A DNA stretch of 64,000 nucleotides from Escherichia coli O157:H7 (GTDB lineage: Bacteria > Pseudomonadota > Gammaproteobacteria > Enterobacterales > Enterobacteriaceae), in assembly GCF_013167455.1 (NCBI RefSeq), contig NZ_CP038328.1; one strand, given 5' to 3'. Below the pieces are notes generated by a model. That model did not search any database. It saw nothing but the letters and a program-made list of their open reading frames with translations, and was not told the origin of the DNA. The position numbers were made by a program, and so were the translations under genes. Below, one piece after another: positions 1-19,889 of the stretch (the stretch's first letter is position 1; every line of letters begins with the position of its first letter).

Positions 1-201
1 GCGGAAACCTGGGCGCTGGCAGATTATTACGGCAAACTGGATTTAGTCCGTAACGAAACGTTGACCTGCTATAACGGCATTAAAGGCGACGGTTGCGGTC
101 ATTGTGCGGCATGTAATTTACGCGCCAACGGTTTGAATCATTATCTGGCCGATAAACCGACGGTGATGGCAGCGATGAAGCAGAAAACCGGGTTGAAGTA
201 A
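1..201 (+). CDS. queC: 7-cyano-7-deazaguanine synthase QueC, C-terminal fragment (5' end outside window)
   Basis: Frame-1 translation ends ...[35 protein letters not shown] then TAA at 199..201; matches the recalled QueC C-terminus with its Cys-rich zinc motif; synteny next to fadM. Confidence 0.8.
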   Translation, partial: AETWALADYYGKLDLVRNETLTCYNGIKGDGCGHCAACNLRANGLNHYLADKPTVMAAMKQKTGLK

Positions 202-252
202 TTATTCCGGGTGTCGCCGGATGCGGCTTGAGCATCCGGCACCACAAAACGT

Positions 253-651
253 TTACTTAACCATCTGCTCCAGCTTTTCGCGCAATTCCCCTTCCAGAGC
301 TAATGCTTTCTGCGTTTTAAGATCAATACAAACAAACGTAATAAGCGCATCCGCTACCACCTGCCCTTCCGGCTCCAGTGTAATGACCTGGCTTAAGATG
401 CCGCTTTTACCGTTTAATTGCTGTAACTGGCTCGTAATGGTTAACAAGTCGCTTAATACCGCCGGACGACGATAGTTAATATTGATATTCACCACCACGA
501 AAGCGATGTTATGGGCCGTCATCCAGTGAAAACTGTCGCTATTTTCCAACCCATCCCAGCGGGCTTCTTCGAGAAATTCAAGGTAGCGGGCGTTGTTTAC
601 GTGCTGGTAAACGTCGAGATGATATCCACGAACTTTGATTTGTGTTTGCAT
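253..651 (-). CDS. fadM: long-chain acyl-CoA thioesterase (hotdog fold), 132 aa
   Basis: Supplied ORF, 132 aa, begins MQTQIKVRGYHLDVYQHVNNARYLEFLE, recognised as FadM/YbaW; conserved position between queC and ybaV. Confidence 0.9.
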   Translation of the reverse strand: MQTQIKVRGYHLDVYQHVNNARYLEFLEEARWDGLENSDSFHWMTAHNIAFVVVNININYRRPAVLSDLLTITSQLQQLNGKSGILSQVITLEPEGQVVADALITFVCIDLKTQKALALEGELREKLEQMVK

Positions 652-704
652 AGCGCAATAACCTTACGTTGTTTTTATAAAAACTGTTATAAGTACAGAG
701 GTCA

Positions 705-3150
<2,446 letters not shown>

Positions 3151-3280
3151 GGTGTAACAACACTCCGCTGTAGATGACTGTGTACCTCACGCAACGTATC
3201 GATGCGCGCAAAGGCCTATTGTGACAAGAAACGGGGGCAATTGTCAGCCCACAAGACGCAGAAAGTCACCGAATACAAAT

Positions 3281-3307
3281 AAAAAAGGCACATCAGTAGA
3301 TGCGCCC
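3281..3307 (-). terminator. Rho-independent terminator downstream of hupB
   Basis: On the minus-strand RNA, GGCGCAUC / GAUGUGCC stem with one G-U wobble followed by UUUUUUAUU, immediately 3' of the hupB stop. Confidence 0.6.
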
Positions 3308-3341
3308 TTGAACTTCGTCACATCCCCACTGGGGACAACGC

Positions 3342-3614
3342 TTAGTTTACCGCGTCTTTCAGTGCTTTACCTGCACGGAAGCTCGGTACTTTAGCGGCAG
3401 CGATGGTGATCTCTTTACCGGTCTGCGGGTTGCGGCCAGTACGGGCAGCACGCTCTTTAACGGCAAAAGTACCAAAACCTACCAGTGCTACATCATCCCC
3501 TTCTTTCAGAGATTCAGTTACGGAAGCAATAATAGCATCTAACGCACGGCCAGCCGCAGCTTTAGAGATATCAGCCCCTGCAGCAATCTTGTCGATCAAT
3601 TGAGATTTATTCAC
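3342..3614 (-). CDS. hupB: DNA-binding protein HU-beta, 90 aa
   Basis: [50 protein letters not shown]... matches the HU-beta sequence; synteny between ppiD and lon. Confidence 0.95.
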
Positions 3615-3822
3615 TCTTCTCTTCCTCTTTATAATTTATATCGCACTTGAATCCTTCAAGGTACGAACGCGCAGCAGTTATATCAGGCCAGCCATCCCCT
3701 TACAACACCCCTTAATAAGGGCAAGCCCGATCCGCCATCTAACTTAGCGAGACAAAAAAAGGCTGGCAAGCCCGAATTAGCCTGCCAGCCCTGTTTTTAT
3801 TAGTGCATTTTGCGCGAGGTCA

Positions 3823-6177
3823 CTATTTTGCAGTCACAACCTGCATGCCAGACGGTTCATTTTGCAGCGCCAGAGTCAGAACTTCCTCAATGCGCTTCAC
3901 AGGATGAATGTCCAGATCGGCAATTACGTTGTCAGGAATCTCTTCCAGATCGCGTTTATTTTCGAACGGAATTAACACTGTTTTAATCCCGCCGCGATGC
4001 GCTGCCAGTAGTTTTTCTTTCAAACCACCGATCGGCAGTACCTGACCACGCAGAGTGATCTCACCGGTCATTGCCACATCGGCACGAACCGGGTTACCGG
4101 TCAGGCAAGAAACCAGCGCGGTGCACATAGCAATACCGGCACTCGGACCATCTTTCGGCGTCGCACCTTCCGGTACGTGGACGTGGATGTCACGTTTTTC
4201 GTAAAAATCAGGGTTGATCCCCAGTTTTTCCGCACGCGCGCGAACCACCGTTAACGCAGCCTGAATAGACTCCTGCATCACTTCGCCGAGCGAACCGGTA
4301 TAGGTCAGTTTGCCTTTACCCGGAACACATGCGGTTTCAATGGTCAGCAAGTCACCGCCCACTTCCGTCCACGCCAGACCGGTTACCTGACCGACACGGT
4401 TTTCGTTATCAGCGCGACCATAGTCGAAACGCTGAACACCAAGGTAGTCATGCAGGTTGTCGCCGTTAATTTCGATATGTTTTAATGACTTATCGAGCAG
4501 TAACTGCTTAACCGCTTTACGGCACAGCTTGGAGATTTCACGCTCCAGACCACGCACGCCCGCCTCACGGGTGTAGTAACGAATAATGCCGATAATGGCG
4601 CTATCGTCGACGGTCAGCTCACCTTTTTTCAGTGCATTACGTTCAATCTGCTTCGGCAGCAGGTGACGTTTGGCGATGTTCAGTTTTTCATCTTCGGTAT
4701 AACCGGAGAGGCGAATCACTTCCATACGATCCAGCAGTGGTGCCGGAATGTTCATGGAGTTCGACGTCGCGACAAACATCACGTCGCTGAGATCGTAATC
4801 CACTTCCAGGTAGTGATCGCTGAAGGCCACGTTCTGCTCTGGATCCAGCACTTCAAGCAGTGCGGAAGCCGGATCGCCACGCATGTCAGAAGACATTTTG
4901 TCGATCTCATCGAGCAGGAACAGCGGGTTTTTAACGCCCACTTTCGCCATTTTCTGGATCAATTTACCCGGCATAGAACCGATGTAAGTACGGCGGTGAC
5001 CACGGATTTCCGCTTCATCACGCACGCCGCCCAGCGCCATACGGACATATTTACGCCCGGTGGCTTTGGCAATGGACTGACCCAGGGAGGTTTTACCTAC
5101 CCCCGGCGGCCCTACCAGGCAAAGGATCGGTCCCTTGATTTTGTTGACACGGCTTTGAACCGCAAGATACTCAAGGATGCGATCTTTCACGCGCTCCAGA
5201 CCATAATGGTCGGTATTAAGGATTTCCTGCGCCTGACGCAGGTCTTTTTTGACCTTGCTGCGCGCATTCCACGGTACCTGTACCATCCAGTCGATATAAC
5301 CACGCACTACGGTCGCTTCTGCCGACATCGGAGACATCATTTTCAGCTTCTGCAACTCTGCTTCCGCTTTCTCTTTTGCCTCTTTCGGCATCTTCGCCGC
5401 GTCGATTTTGCGCTTCAGGGCTTCGTTTTCGTCCGGCGCGTCGTCCATCTCACCGAGTTCTTTCTGAATAGCTTTCATTTGCTCGTTCAGATAGTACTCA
5501 CGCTGGGATTTCTCCATCTGCTTTTTAACGCGGTTGCGAATGCGTTTCTCAACCTGCAGCAGATCGATTTCCGATTCCATCATTGCCATCAGATATTCCA
5601 GACGTTCGTTAACGTCGGACATCTCCAGAACGGACTGTTTGTCAGCCAGTTTCAGCGGCATATGTGCAGCAATGGTATCCGCCAGACGCGCCGGATCGTC
5701 GATGCTATTCAACGACGTCAGCACTTCTGGTGGGATTTTTTTGTTCAGCTTGATGTAGCCTTCGAACTGGCTGATTGCAGTACGCACCAGCACTTCCTGT
5801 TCTCGCTCATCAATGGTCGGCGACTCCAGATACTCCGCCTTCGCAGAAAAGTGTTCGCCATTGTCAGAGAGCGCAGAAATACGCGCGCGCTGTAACCCCT
5901 CGACCAGCACTTTGACGGTGCCGTCAGGCAGTTTCAGCATCTGCAATATAGAGGCCACGGTCCCGACGGTGAAAAGATCGTTTACACCCGGCTCATCCGT
6001 TGAAGCTTCTTTCTGCGCGACCAGCATAATTTTTTTATCATGGTCCATCGCCGCTTCCAGACAACGGATAGATTTTTCCCGCCCGACAAATAAGGGGATG
6101 ACCATGTGCGGATAAACCACCACATCGCGCAGCGGCAATACGGGGATTTCAATGCGTTCAGAACGCTCAGGATTCAT
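3823..6177 (-). CDS. lon: ATP-dependent Lon protease
   Basis: Supplied ORF 3823..6222 contains the known Lon N-terminus [28 protein letters not shown] 15 codons in, so start set at 6177; Walker [10 protein letters not shown] and catalytic PKDGPSAG present. Confidence 0.93.
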   Translation of the reverse strand: MNPERSERIEIPVLPLRDVVVYPHMVIPLFVGREKSIRCLEAAMDHDKKIMLVAQKEASTDEPGVNDLFTVGTVASILQMLKLPDGTVKVLVEGLQRARISALSDNGEHFSAKAEYLESPTIDEREQEVLVRTAISQFEGYIKLNKKIPPEVLTSLNSIDDPARLADTIAAHMPLKLADKQSVLEMSDVNERLEYLMAMMESEIDLLQVEKRIRNRVKKQMEKSQREYYLNEQMKAIQKELGEMDDAPDENEALKRKIDAAKMPKEAKEKAEAELQKLKMMSPMSAEATVVRGYIDWMVQVPWNARSKVKKDLRQAQEILNTDHYGLERVKDRILEYLAVQSRVNKIKGPILCLVGPPGVGKTSLGQSIAKATGRKYVRMALGGVRDEAEIRGHRRTYIGSMPGKLIQKMAKVGVKNPLFLLDEIDKMSSDMRGDPASALLEVLDPEQNVAFSDHYLEVDYDLSDVMFVATSNSMNIPAPLLDRMEVIRLSGYTEDEKLNIAKRHLLPKQIERNALKKGELTVDDSAIIGIIRYYTREAGVRGLEREISKLCRKAVKQLLLDKSLKHIEINGDNLHDYLGVQRFDYGRADNENRVGQVTGLAWTEVGGDLLTIETACVPGKGKLTYTGSLGEVMQESIQAALTVVRARAEKLGINPDFYEKRDIHVHVPEGATPKDGPSAGIAMCTALVSCLTGNPVRADVAMTGEITLRGQVLPIGGLKEKLLAAHRGGIKTVLIPFENKRDLEEIPDNVIADLDIHPVKRIEEVLTLALQNEPSGMQVVTAK

Positions 6178-6364
6178 AGAGCTCTCTCTTAGTTTAATTT
6201 CCGCCAGGTAATCAGATGACACGACTGTGCTTCACGCCATCTATTAACATGTACGTCAGTATATGGGGATGTTTCCCCCACATTCAACGCCGAGAATAGA
6301 GGAAAAATTAAAGGGGAGATAAAATCCCCCCTTTTTGGTTAACTAATTGTATGGGAATGGTTAA

Positions 6365-7639
6365 TTATTCACCAGATGCCTGTTGCGCTTCCGGCTTGCC
6401 ATAAATCAGCAACGGTTTGCTTTGACCATCAATTACCGACTCGTCGATAACCACTTTTTCGACATCTTCCATGGACGGCAGATCGTACATGGTATCGAGC
6501 AGTGCGGCTTCTACGATGGAACGCAGGCCACGGGCACCGGTTTTACGCGCCATCGCTTTCTTAGCGATAGCATCCAGCGCCTCGTCACGGAATTCCAGAT
6601 CCACGCCTTCCAGATTAAACAGCGCCTGATACTGCTTGGTCAGGGCGTTTTTCGGCTCTTTGAGGATCTGAATCAGAGCTTCTTCGCTCAGTTCATTCAA
6701 CGTTGCGACAACCGGCAGACGACCAATAAACTCAGGGATAAGACCAAACTTGATCAGATCTTCCGGTTCAACCTGCGCCAGCAGCTCGCCTTCGCTTGCT
6801 TTGTCGGACTTCGCTTTTACCGTCGCGCCAAAACCAATGCCGGAGCCGGTTTCTACACGATGGGAAATCACTTTATCCAGACCGGCAAACGCACCGCCAC
6901 AAATAAACAGGATCTTAGAGGTATCAACCTGCAAGAATTCCTGCTGCGGATGTTTACGTCCACCTTGCGGTGGAACAGCAGCTACCGTACCTTCGATCAG
7001 TTTCAACAGTGCCTGCTGTACGCCTTCACCGGAAACGTCACGGGTAATAGACGGGTTGTCTGACTTACGAGAAATCTTGTCGATTTCATCGATGTAGACA
7101 ATCCCGCGCTGCGCTTTCTGTACGTCGTAATCGCACTTTTGCAACAGCTTCTGAATGATGTTTTCAACGTCTTCGCCCACATAACCGGCTTCGGTCAGCG
7201 TGGTTGCGTCGGCCATGGTGAACGGGACGTCCAGCAGGCGCGCCAGCGTTTCAGCCAGCAGCGTTTTACCGGAACCGGTCGGACCGATCAGCAGAATGTT
7301 ACTTTTGCCCAACTCGACGCCATTGCTGGTATCGCCGTTGCGCAGACGTTTGTAGTGGTTGTATACCGCGACCGCCAGCACTTTTTTCGCCTGTTCCTGG
7401 CCGATAACGTAATCGTCCAGGTGGTTACGAATTTCATGCGGCGTCGGTAGCGCACTGCGTTCACGATGCGGTGCAACTTCTTTAATCTCTTCGCGAATGA
7501 TGTCGTTACATAAATCAACACATTCGTCGCAGATATACACGGATGGACCGGCAATCAGCTTGCGCACTTCATGCTGGCTTTTGCCGCAAAAAGAGCAATA
7601 CAGCAATTTGCCTGAGCCATCTTTGCGTTTATCTGTCAT
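6365..7639 (-). CDS. clpX: ATP-dependent Clp protease ATP-binding subunit ClpX, 424 aa
   Basis: N-terminal zinc-binding motif [27 protein letters not shown], Walker A GPTGSGKT, 424 aa; directly downstream of clpP. Confidence 0.95.
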
Positions 7640-7764
7640 GGGTCAAAACCTCTTCTTTGTTCTTTGTGCCGCACACGACGACGCAAATGCCATTCTCAGG
7701 CGCAAGCCGCTTACAGCGTTGTGCCGCCCTGGATAAGTATAGCGGCACAGTTGCGCCTCTGGCA

Positions 7765-8388
7765 TCAATTACGATGGGTCAGAATCGAATCGACCAGACC
7801 GTATTCCACCGCTTCAGGGGCGGAAAGGAAGCGATCGCGCTCGGTATCACGTTCAATCTGTTCTAATGATTGACCCGTATGAAGCGCCATAAGTTCATTC
7901 ATACGCCCTTTAACTTTCAGAATTTCACGGGCATGAATTTCGATATCGGTCGCCTGGCCCTGGTAGCCGCCCAACGGTTGGTGAATCATCACGCGCGAAT
8001 TCGGCAGGCAAAAACGTTTACCTTTTGCCCCTGCGGTCAGCAAGAAAGCGCCCATCGAGGCCGCCTGGCCCATACAGATGGTGCTGACATCAGGCTTGAT
8101 AAACTGCATGGTGTCATAGATAGACATCCCGGCAGTGATCACCCCGCCTGGGGAGTTAATGTACAGATAGATATCTTTTTCTGGGTTTTCTGCTTCCAGG
8201 AACAGCATCTGAGCCACAATCAGGTTAGCCATATGGTCTTCAACCTGGCCAGTCAGAAAAATGACGCGTTCCTTAAGTAGACGAGAATAGATATCAAAAG
8301 AGCGCTCACCACGTGAGGTCTGTTCAATGACCATCGGCACCAGCGCCATATGGGGTGCAAAGTTATCTCGTTCGCCGCTGTATGACAT
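7765..8388 (-). CDS. clpP: ATP-dependent Clp protease proteolytic subunit ClpP, 207 aa
   Basis: [45 protein letters not shown]...; catalytic Ser context GQAASMGAF; 207 aa. Confidence 0.95.
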   Translation of the reverse strand: MSYSGERDNFAPHMALVPMVIEQTSRGERSFDIYSRLLKERVIFLTGQVEDHMANLIVAQMLFLEAENPEKDIYLYINSPGGVITAGMSIYDTMQFIKPDVSTICMGQAASMGAFLLTAGAKGKRFCLPNSRVMIHQPLGGYQGQATDIEIHAREILKVKGRMNELMALHTGQSLEQIERDTERDRFLSAPEAVEYGLVDSILTHRN

Positions 8389-8632
8389 TTCCGTCTCCTG
8401 GATAAAATTGAAAAAACCTGCTGTACCGATTGTAACCTTATGGACGGATTATCAGCTAGTCCCTGTGTTATGGGTACGGCATCACCATATTTCAAGCATA
8501 ACAATCTTTTGTTGTTACGCTAACACCGAAAGAGGCTTTTCGCACGGTTCCATGCAAAATTCATGACAAAAAAAGCCCACCACCTGGCGGTGACGGGCCT
8601 TTGTGCGAATTTAGCGCGTTATGCTGCGTAAA

Positions 8633-9940
<1,308 letters not shown>

Positions 9941-10274
9941 TCAAAAAATCACAGTGCTCGGTCAACTCTTACCCCGCAAGCACAGGTTGTTGGCTTCGCG
10001 GAACCGGGATGTTCTTATAATCAATCACATTCCCTGTTACCAGAATCATCCCGAAAGCATTCAAATAGGACGCGGCATTATAGCGGCATCACTTTTATGA
10101 GTCGAGAACGGTTATTGCGCGCTGTCGCGTATTTTTTCACAATTCCCGGGCAATTTTCGTCTGAATGCTGGGCAAAAAGCGCAAAATCCAGACAAAACAA
10201 AACGGCCCGCAGGCCGTTTTTCATAAAATCTTTAGCAACATACTGGAAAAGCGCCGACAGTTGCAAATGCGTTT

Positions 10275-10592
10275 TTACGCGATGCTTCCTGCTCCACGAC
10301 AGGGAGGAGAGGCAAAGACGGTGTCCTGCAACCCTTCCCACTCCTTAATAGTGTAAGTATGCAGAGCCAGCGCATGAACGGTAGTAGAGAGTTCCTCCGC
10401 TAAAGTACTGTAAATCATTCGATGACGATTCAGAAAACGTTCACCCGTAAAACGATCGCTGACCAGCACAACTTTAAAATGGCTTTCAGAGCCGGCTGGG
10501 ACATTGTGACGATAGCTTTCATCCACTACTTCGAGGAATACGGGTTGGAACGCCGCCCTTAATTTTTCTTCTATCCGCTCACGTATCATCAT
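10275..10592 (-). CDS. bolA: transcriptional regulator BolA, 105 aa
   Basis: Supplied ORF is 116 aa; the recalled BolA N-terminus [17 protein letters not shown] starts at its residue 12, so start set at 10592. Confidence 0.85.
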
Positions 10593-10896
10593 GAAATATC
10601 TCCTCCGACAACGCTGAGATGTCATCCATCCCTTTAAATACTAGCCGCTTTTACCGTTTCCATTGCAGCTTAACAACAAATATTTAGGTTTCGTCCTGGT
10701 TTTTCCGTCAAGCGTATGAAGTTTACTGATTTAAAGATTGAAACACAGGCCTCGCATCAGCGTTTCTTTTACCAGGGGCGATTATTTCGTCAACATGATG
10801 AATTTACATGCCTTACCTACTTCCCCTCGCCGTTGGCAATGTTATGATGGCGGGAATTTTTACCAAACACGCTTAAGAGTCTCTGAGAGCCCGAAC

Positions 10897-11475
10897 ATGT
10901 TCAAAAAAATCCTCTTCCCGTTAGTTGCTCTGTTTATGCTTGCAGGATGCGCAAGACCGCCAACAACTATTGAAGTTTCCCCGACGATTACACTGCCACA
11001 GCAGGATCCAAGCCTGATGGGCGTCACCGTAAGCATTAATGGTGCCGATCAGCGTACCGATCAGGCGCTGGCAAAAGTCACCCGCGATAATCAAATCGTT
11101 ACCCTGACCGCCTCCCGCGATCTGCGTTTCCTGCTGCAAGAAGTGCTGGAAAAACAGATGACCGCGCGTGGTTACATGGTTGGTCCGAATGGCCCGGTTA
11201 ATCTGCAAATCATCGTTAGCCAGCTGTATGCTGACGTGTCCCAGGGCAACGTGCGCTACAACATCGCTACCAAAGCGGATATCGCCATCATCGCTACCGC
11301 GCAGAATGGCAACAAAATGACCAAAAACTATCGTGCCAGCTACAACGTTGAAGGTGCGTTCCAGGCCTCCAACAAAAATATCGCCGATGCGGTTAACAGT
11401 GTGCTGACCGATACCATCGCTGATATGTCTCAGGACACCAGCATTCACGAATTCATCAAGCAGAACGCGCGTTAA
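10897..11475 (+). CDS. yajG: lipoprotein YajG, 192 aa
   Basis: Internal start MFKKILFPLVALFMLAGCARPP carries a signal peptide and lipobox (LAGC); the ORF upstream of it is probably untranslated leader. Confidence 0.85.
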   Translation: MFKKILFPLVALFMLAGCARPPTTIEVSPTITLPQQDPSLMGVTVSINGADQRTDQALAKVTRDNQIVTLTASRDLRFLLQEVLEKQMTARGYMVGPNGPVNLQIIVSQLYADVSQGNVRYNIATKADIAIIATAQNGNKMTKNYRASYNVEGAFQASNKNIADAVNSVLTDTIADMSQDTSIHEFIKQNAR

Positions 11476-11518
11476 TTTCTGCCCTCTGGCCCGGTGCAAG
11501 CCGGGCCTGTAGACGCCC

Positions 11519-12994
11519 ATGTCCAGTCAATATTTACGTATTTTTCAACAGCCGCGTTCAGCCATATTGCTGATCCTGGGTTTTGCTTCCGGGCTACCGC
11601 TCGCCCTGACATCCGGCACCTTACAGGCCTGGATGACGGTCGAGAATATCGATCTCAAAACCATTGGTTTCTTCTCTCTGGTAGGCCAGGCTTACGTTTT
11701 TAAATTCCTCTGGTCACCGCTGATGGACCGCTACACGCCCCCATTTTTTGGGCGGCGGCGCGGTTGGCTGCTCGCCACGCAAATCCTGTTATTAGTCGCC
11801 ATTGCGGCGATGGGTTTTCTCGAACCAGGCACCCAACTCCGCTGGATGGCGGCGCTGGCGGTGGTGATCGCTTTTTGCTCTGCCTCCCAGGATATTGTCT
11901 TCGATGCGTGGAAAACCGATGTGCTCCCGGCAGAAGAACGTGGTGCGGGCGCGGCAATCAGCGTTCTGGGTTACCGTTTAGGGATGCTGGTTTCCGGCGG
12001 CCTAGCCCTGTGGCTGGCAGATAAATGGCTGGGCTGGCAGGGCATGTACTGGTTGATGGCGGCGCTGTTGATCCCCTGTATTATCGCGACGTTGCTTGCA
12101 CCAGAACCAACCGACACCATTCCTGTGCCCAAAACGCTGGAACAAGCGGTTGTTGCACCTCTGCGAGATTTCTTTGGTCGCAATAATGCCTGGCTTATTT
12201 TGCTTCTTATCGTGCTGTATAAGCTGGGCGACGCATTCGCCATGAGCCTGACAACCACGTTTTTGATTCGCGGCGTCGGGTTTGATGCGGGTGAAGTAGG
12301 CGTGGTAAACAAAACGCTTGGCTTACTAGCGACCATTGTTGGCGCATTGTACGGTGGGATTTTGATGCAGCGCCTGTCACTGTTCCGGGCACTGCTGATT
12401 TTCGGCATTTTACAAGGTGCGTCTAACGCTGGTTACTGGCTGCTGTCGATTACTGATAAGCATCTCTACAGCATGGGCGCAGCCGTCTTTTTCGAAAACC
12501 TCTGTGGCGGGATGGGCACATCAGCCTTTGTCGCGCTGTTAATGACGCTATGTAATAAGTCATTTTCCGCTACTCAATTTGCCCTGCTCTCAGCGCTTTC
12601 TGCTGTAGGGCGAGTTTATGTCGGCCCCGTGGCGGGTTGGTTTGTTGAAGCACACGGCTGGTCGACATTCTATCTATTCTCCGTCGCCGCTGCCGTACCA
12701 GGGCTTATTTTGCTGCTGGTTTGCCGCCAGACGCTTGAATATACACGAGTAAATGACAACTTTATCTCCCGTACCGCATATCCGGCAGGTTATGCCTTTG
12801 CCATGTGGACACTGGCGGCGGGCGTCAGCCTGTTGGCCGTGTGGTTACTGCTATTGACGATGGACGCGCTGGATTTGACGCACTTCTCTTTCCTGCCTGC
12901 TCTGCTGGAAGTCGGGGTTTTAGTCGCCCTTTCTGGCGTCGTGCTTGGTGGTTTGCTGGATTATCTGGCGCTACGAAAAACGCATCTGACGTAA
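11519..12994 (+). CDS. ampG: muropeptide / anhydromuropeptide permease AmpG (MFS), 491 aa
   Basis: 491-aa polytopic membrane protein, MSSQYLRIFQQPRSAILLILGFASGLPLALTSGTLQAWM; synteny downstream of yajG. Confidence 0.92.
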   Translation: MSSQYLRIFQQPRSAILLILGFASGLPLALTSGTLQAWMTVENIDLKTIGFFSLVGQAYVFKFLWSPLMDRYTPPFFGRRRGWLLATQILLLVAIAAMGFLEPGTQLRWMAALAVVIAFCSASQDIVFDAWKTDVLPAEERGAGAAISVLGYRLGMLVSGGLALWLADKWLGWQGMYWLMAALLIPCIIATLLAPEPTDTIPVPKTLEQAVVAPLRDFFGRNNAWLILLLIVLYKLGDAFAMSLTTTFLIRGVGFDAGEVGVVNKTLGLLATIVGALYGGILMQRLSLFRALLIFGILQGASNAGYWLLSITDKHLYSMGAAVFFENLCGGMGTSAFVALLMTLCNKSFSATQFALLSALSAVGRVYVGPVAGWFVEAHGWSTFYLFSVAAAVPGLILLLVCRQTLEYTRVNDNFISRTAYPAGYAFAMWTLAAGVSLLAVWLLLLTMDALDLTHFSFLPALLEVGVLVALSGVVLGGLLDYLALRKTHLT

Positions 12995-13453
12995 TCTGTA
13001 AATATTATTTAGCTGTAGTAATCACTCGCCGTAATTATTACGGCTAAATAAACATCAGCATCGCTTATTAATATTTGTTCTTTTGTGCGGCTTAGCGTTT
13101 GGAAATTATTGGCGCCATTTATAAATTCTATTTTTCTTACACGATTCAGCTAATGAGTCTTTATTTTCTCACCACCAAGTTGTCACTCCAATGATAATTA
13201 TTTGTTAAATAATTGTTTTATTTCGCATTGATTATACCAATTGCCCGTCCAGACTTCTTCTGCACTCCCCTTTTGTTATAACGCCCTTTTGCAACAGCTT
13301 CTTAAAATCAACCTGATATGTTTTGCAACATATGTGACCTGACAGCCAAATCCAAGTAACAGGAATTTAATCATGTTTACAGTAATGTAACCTTCCCGTA
13401 AAATGCCCACACATTTTAAACGCCACCAGATCCCGTGGAATTGAGGTCGTTAA
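12995..13453. promoter_or_regulatory. cyoABCDE promoter/regulatory region (about 460 bp, AT-rich intergenic)
   Basis: Long AT-rich non-coding stretch upstream of cyoA; this operon is known to be regulated by ArcA/FNR/Fur/CRP, but no individual site was mapped here. Confidence 0.5.
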
Positions 13454-14401
<948 letters not shown>

Positions 14402-14410
14402 AGGGGTTGA

Positions 14411-17347
<2,937 letters not shown>

Positions 17348-17358
17348 GAGCGGCGGTT

Positions 17359-18249
17359 ATGATGTTTAAGCAATACCTGCAAGTAACGAAACCAGGCATC
17401 ATCTTTGGCAACCTGATCTCGGTGATTGGGGGATTCCTGCTGGCCTCAAAGGGCAGCATTGATTATCCCCTGTTTATCTACACGCTGGTTGGGGTGTCAC
17501 TGGTTGTGGCGTCGGGTTGTGTGTTTAACAACTACATCGACAGGGATATCGACAGAAAGATGGAAAGGACGAAGAATCGGGTGCTGGTTAAAGGCCTGAT
17601 CTCTCCTGCTGTCTCGCTGGTGTACGCCACCTTGCTGGGTATTGCTGGCTTTATGCTGCTGTGGTTTGGCGCGAATCCGCTGGCCTGCTGGCTGGGGGTG
17701 ATGGGCTTTGTGGTTTATGTCGGCGTTTATAGCCTGTACATGAAACGCCACTCCGTCTACGGCACATTGATTGGTTCGCTCTCCGGCGCTGCGCCGCCGG
17801 TGATTGGCTACTGTGCAGTAACCGGCGAGTTCGATAGCGGCGCAGCGATCCTGCTGGCTATCTTCAGCCTGTGGCAGATGCCTCACTCCTATGCCATCGC
17901 CATTTTCCGCTTTAAGGATTACCAGGCGGCAAACATTCCGGTATTGCCAGTGGTAAAAGGCATTTCGGTGGCGAAGAATCACATCACGCTGTATATCATC
18001 GCCTTTGCCGTTGCCACGCTGATGCTCTCTCTTGGCGGTTACGCTGGATATAAATATCTGGTGGTCGCCGCGGCGGTTAGCGTCTGGTGGTTAGGTATGG
18101 CTCTGCGCGGTTATAAAGTTGCTGATGACAGAATCTGGGCGCGCAAGCTGTTCGGCTTCTCTATCATCGCCATCACTGCCCTCTCGGTGATGATGTCCGT
18201 TGATTTTATGGTGCCGGACTCGCATACGCTGCTGGCTGCTGTGTGGTAA
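17359..18249 (+). CDS. cyoE: heme O synthase (protoheme IX farnesyltransferase), 296 aa
   Basis: Known N-terminus [22 protein letters not shown] at residue 16 of the supplied ORF; UbiA-family polytopic membrane protein. Confidence 0.9.
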
Positions 18250-18397
18250 CACAACCTCTCTATTAAAAAGGTGCTACGGCACCTTTTTTCTTAGCATTAG
18301 AAACATATCCCTCTCGAAATATTTACTAAAAAATCCGCATGTTTACCCCATTCGTTTGCCGCTTTACACTAGTCGCGAATTTAAAACAGAGGTGGTA

Positions 18398-19762
18398 ATG
18401 AACGATTATAAAATGACGCCAGGTGAGCGGCGCGCGACCTGGGGTTTAGGGACCGTATTCTCGTTGCGCATGCTGGGCATGTTCATGGTTCTGCCGGTTC
18501 TGACCACGTACGGCATGGCTCTGCAAGGTGCCAGCGAAGCATTAATCGGTATTGCCATTGGTATTTATGGTCTGACTCAGGCCGTTTTTCAGATTCCGTT
18601 TGGCCTGCTTTCCGACCGCATTGGTCGCAAACCATTAATTGTCGGTGGGCTGGCAGTGTTTGCCGCCGGTAGCGTTATCGCTGCGCTCTCTGACTCCATC
18701 TGGGGAATTATTCTGGGTCGGGCGCTACAAGGCTCCGGTGCGATTGCCGCTGCCGTTATGGCGCTGCTTTCCGATCTCACGCGCGAACAAAACCGCACCA
18801 AAGCAATGGCGTTTATCGGCGTGAGCTTTGGCATTACCTTTGCCATTGCGATGGTGCTTGGCCCGATCATCACTCACAAACTTGGGCTGCACGCGCTGTT
18901 CTGGATGATCGCTATTCTGGCAACGACCGGCATTGCGTTGACCATTTGGGTTGTGCCCAACAGTAGCACTCACGTACTTAATCGTGAGTCCGGAATGGTG
19001 AAAGGCAGTTTCAGTAAGGTGCTGGCGGAACCGCGGCTGCTGAAACTCAACTTTGGCATTATGTGTCTGCATATTTTGCTGATGTCGACGTTTGTTGCCC
19101 TGCCCGGACAACTGGCTGATGCGGGGTTCCCGGCGGCTGAACACTGGAAGGTCTATCTGGCGACAATGCTAATCGCCTTTGGCTCGGTCGTGCCTTTCAT
19201 TATCTACGCTGAAGTTAAGCGCAAAATGAAGCAAGTCTTTGTCTTCTGCGTCGGGTTGATCGTGGTTGCGGAAATTGTGTTGAGGAACGCGCAAACGCAG
19301 TTCTGGCAACTGGTGGTCGGCGTGCAGCTTTTCTTTGTGGCGTTTAATTTGATGGAAGCCCTCCTGCCCTCACTTATCAGTAAAGAGTCGCCAGCAGGTT
19401 ACAAAGGTACGGCGATGGGTGTTTACTCCACCAGCCAGTTTCTTGGCGTGGCGATTGGCGGTTCGCTGGGCGGCTGGATTGACGGCATGTTTGACGGTCA
19501 GGGGGTATTTCTCGCTGGCGCAATGCTGGCCGCAGTGTGGCTGGCAGTCGCCAGTACCATGAAAGAACCGCCGTATGTCAGCAGTTTGCGCATTGAAATC
19601 CCGGCGAACATTGCCGCAAACGAGGCGTTAAAAGTGCGTTTGCTGGAAACTGAAGGCATCAAAGAAGTGTTGATTGCAGAAGAAGAACATTCAGCTTATG
19701 TGAAAATCGACAGCAAAGTGACGAATCGCTTTGATGTTGAACAGGCAATTCGCCAGGCATAA
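18398..19762 (+). CDS. yajR: MFS transporter YajR, 454 aa
   Basis: Start MNDYKMTPGERRATWGLGTVFSLRMLGMF at 18398 inside the longer supplied ORF; 12-TM MFS fold plus C-terminal soluble domain. Confidence 0.88.
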   Translation: MNDYKMTPGERRATWGLGTVFSLRMLGMFMVLPVLTTYGMALQGASEALIGIAIGIYGLTQAVFQIPFGLLSDRIGRKPLIVGGLAVFAAGSVIAALSDSIWGIILGRALQGSGAIAAAVMALLSDLTREQNRTKAMAFIGVSFGITFAIAMVLGPIITHKLGLHALFWMIAILATTGIALTIWVVPNSSTHVLNRESGMVKGSFSKVLAEPRLLKLNFGIMCLHILLMSTFVALPGQLADAGFPAAEHWKVYLATMLIAFGSVVPFIIYAEVKRKMKQVFVFCVGLIVVAEIVLRNAQTQFWQLVVGVQLFFVAFNLMEALLPSLISKESPAGYKGTAMGVYSTSQFLGVAIGGSLGGWIDGMFDGQGVFLAGAMLAAVWLAVASTMKEPPYVSSLRIEIPANIAANEALKVRLLETEGIKEVLIAEEEHSAYVKIDSKVTNRFDVEQAIRQA

Positions 19763-19783
19763 AAGCGAGGCGAAATTGCCTGC

Positions 19784-19867
19784 TGCGCTACGCTTATCAG
19801 GCCTACTAAGTTCCTGATTTACAAAACTTTGTAGGCCGAACCAGGCGTTCATGCCGCATCTGACATG
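19784..19867. repeat. REP-like palindromic element(s) between the convergent yajR and yajQ
   Basis: GCGCTACGCTTATCAGGCCTAC ... GTAGGCCGAACCAGGCGTTCATGCCGCATCTGACATG resembles REP consensus halves. Confidence 0.5.
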
Positions 19868-19889
19868 AACAAAGCGCAGGTTGTCGCGA

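Noticed and set aside
4663-5895. 410-aa plus-strand ORF
   Set aside because: Lies entirely antisense within lon; His/Arg/Phe-rich, low-complexity composition typical of a shadow ORF opposite a highly expressed gene.
6383-7063. 226-aa plus-strand ORF
   Set aside because: Antisense within clpX; no independent signals.
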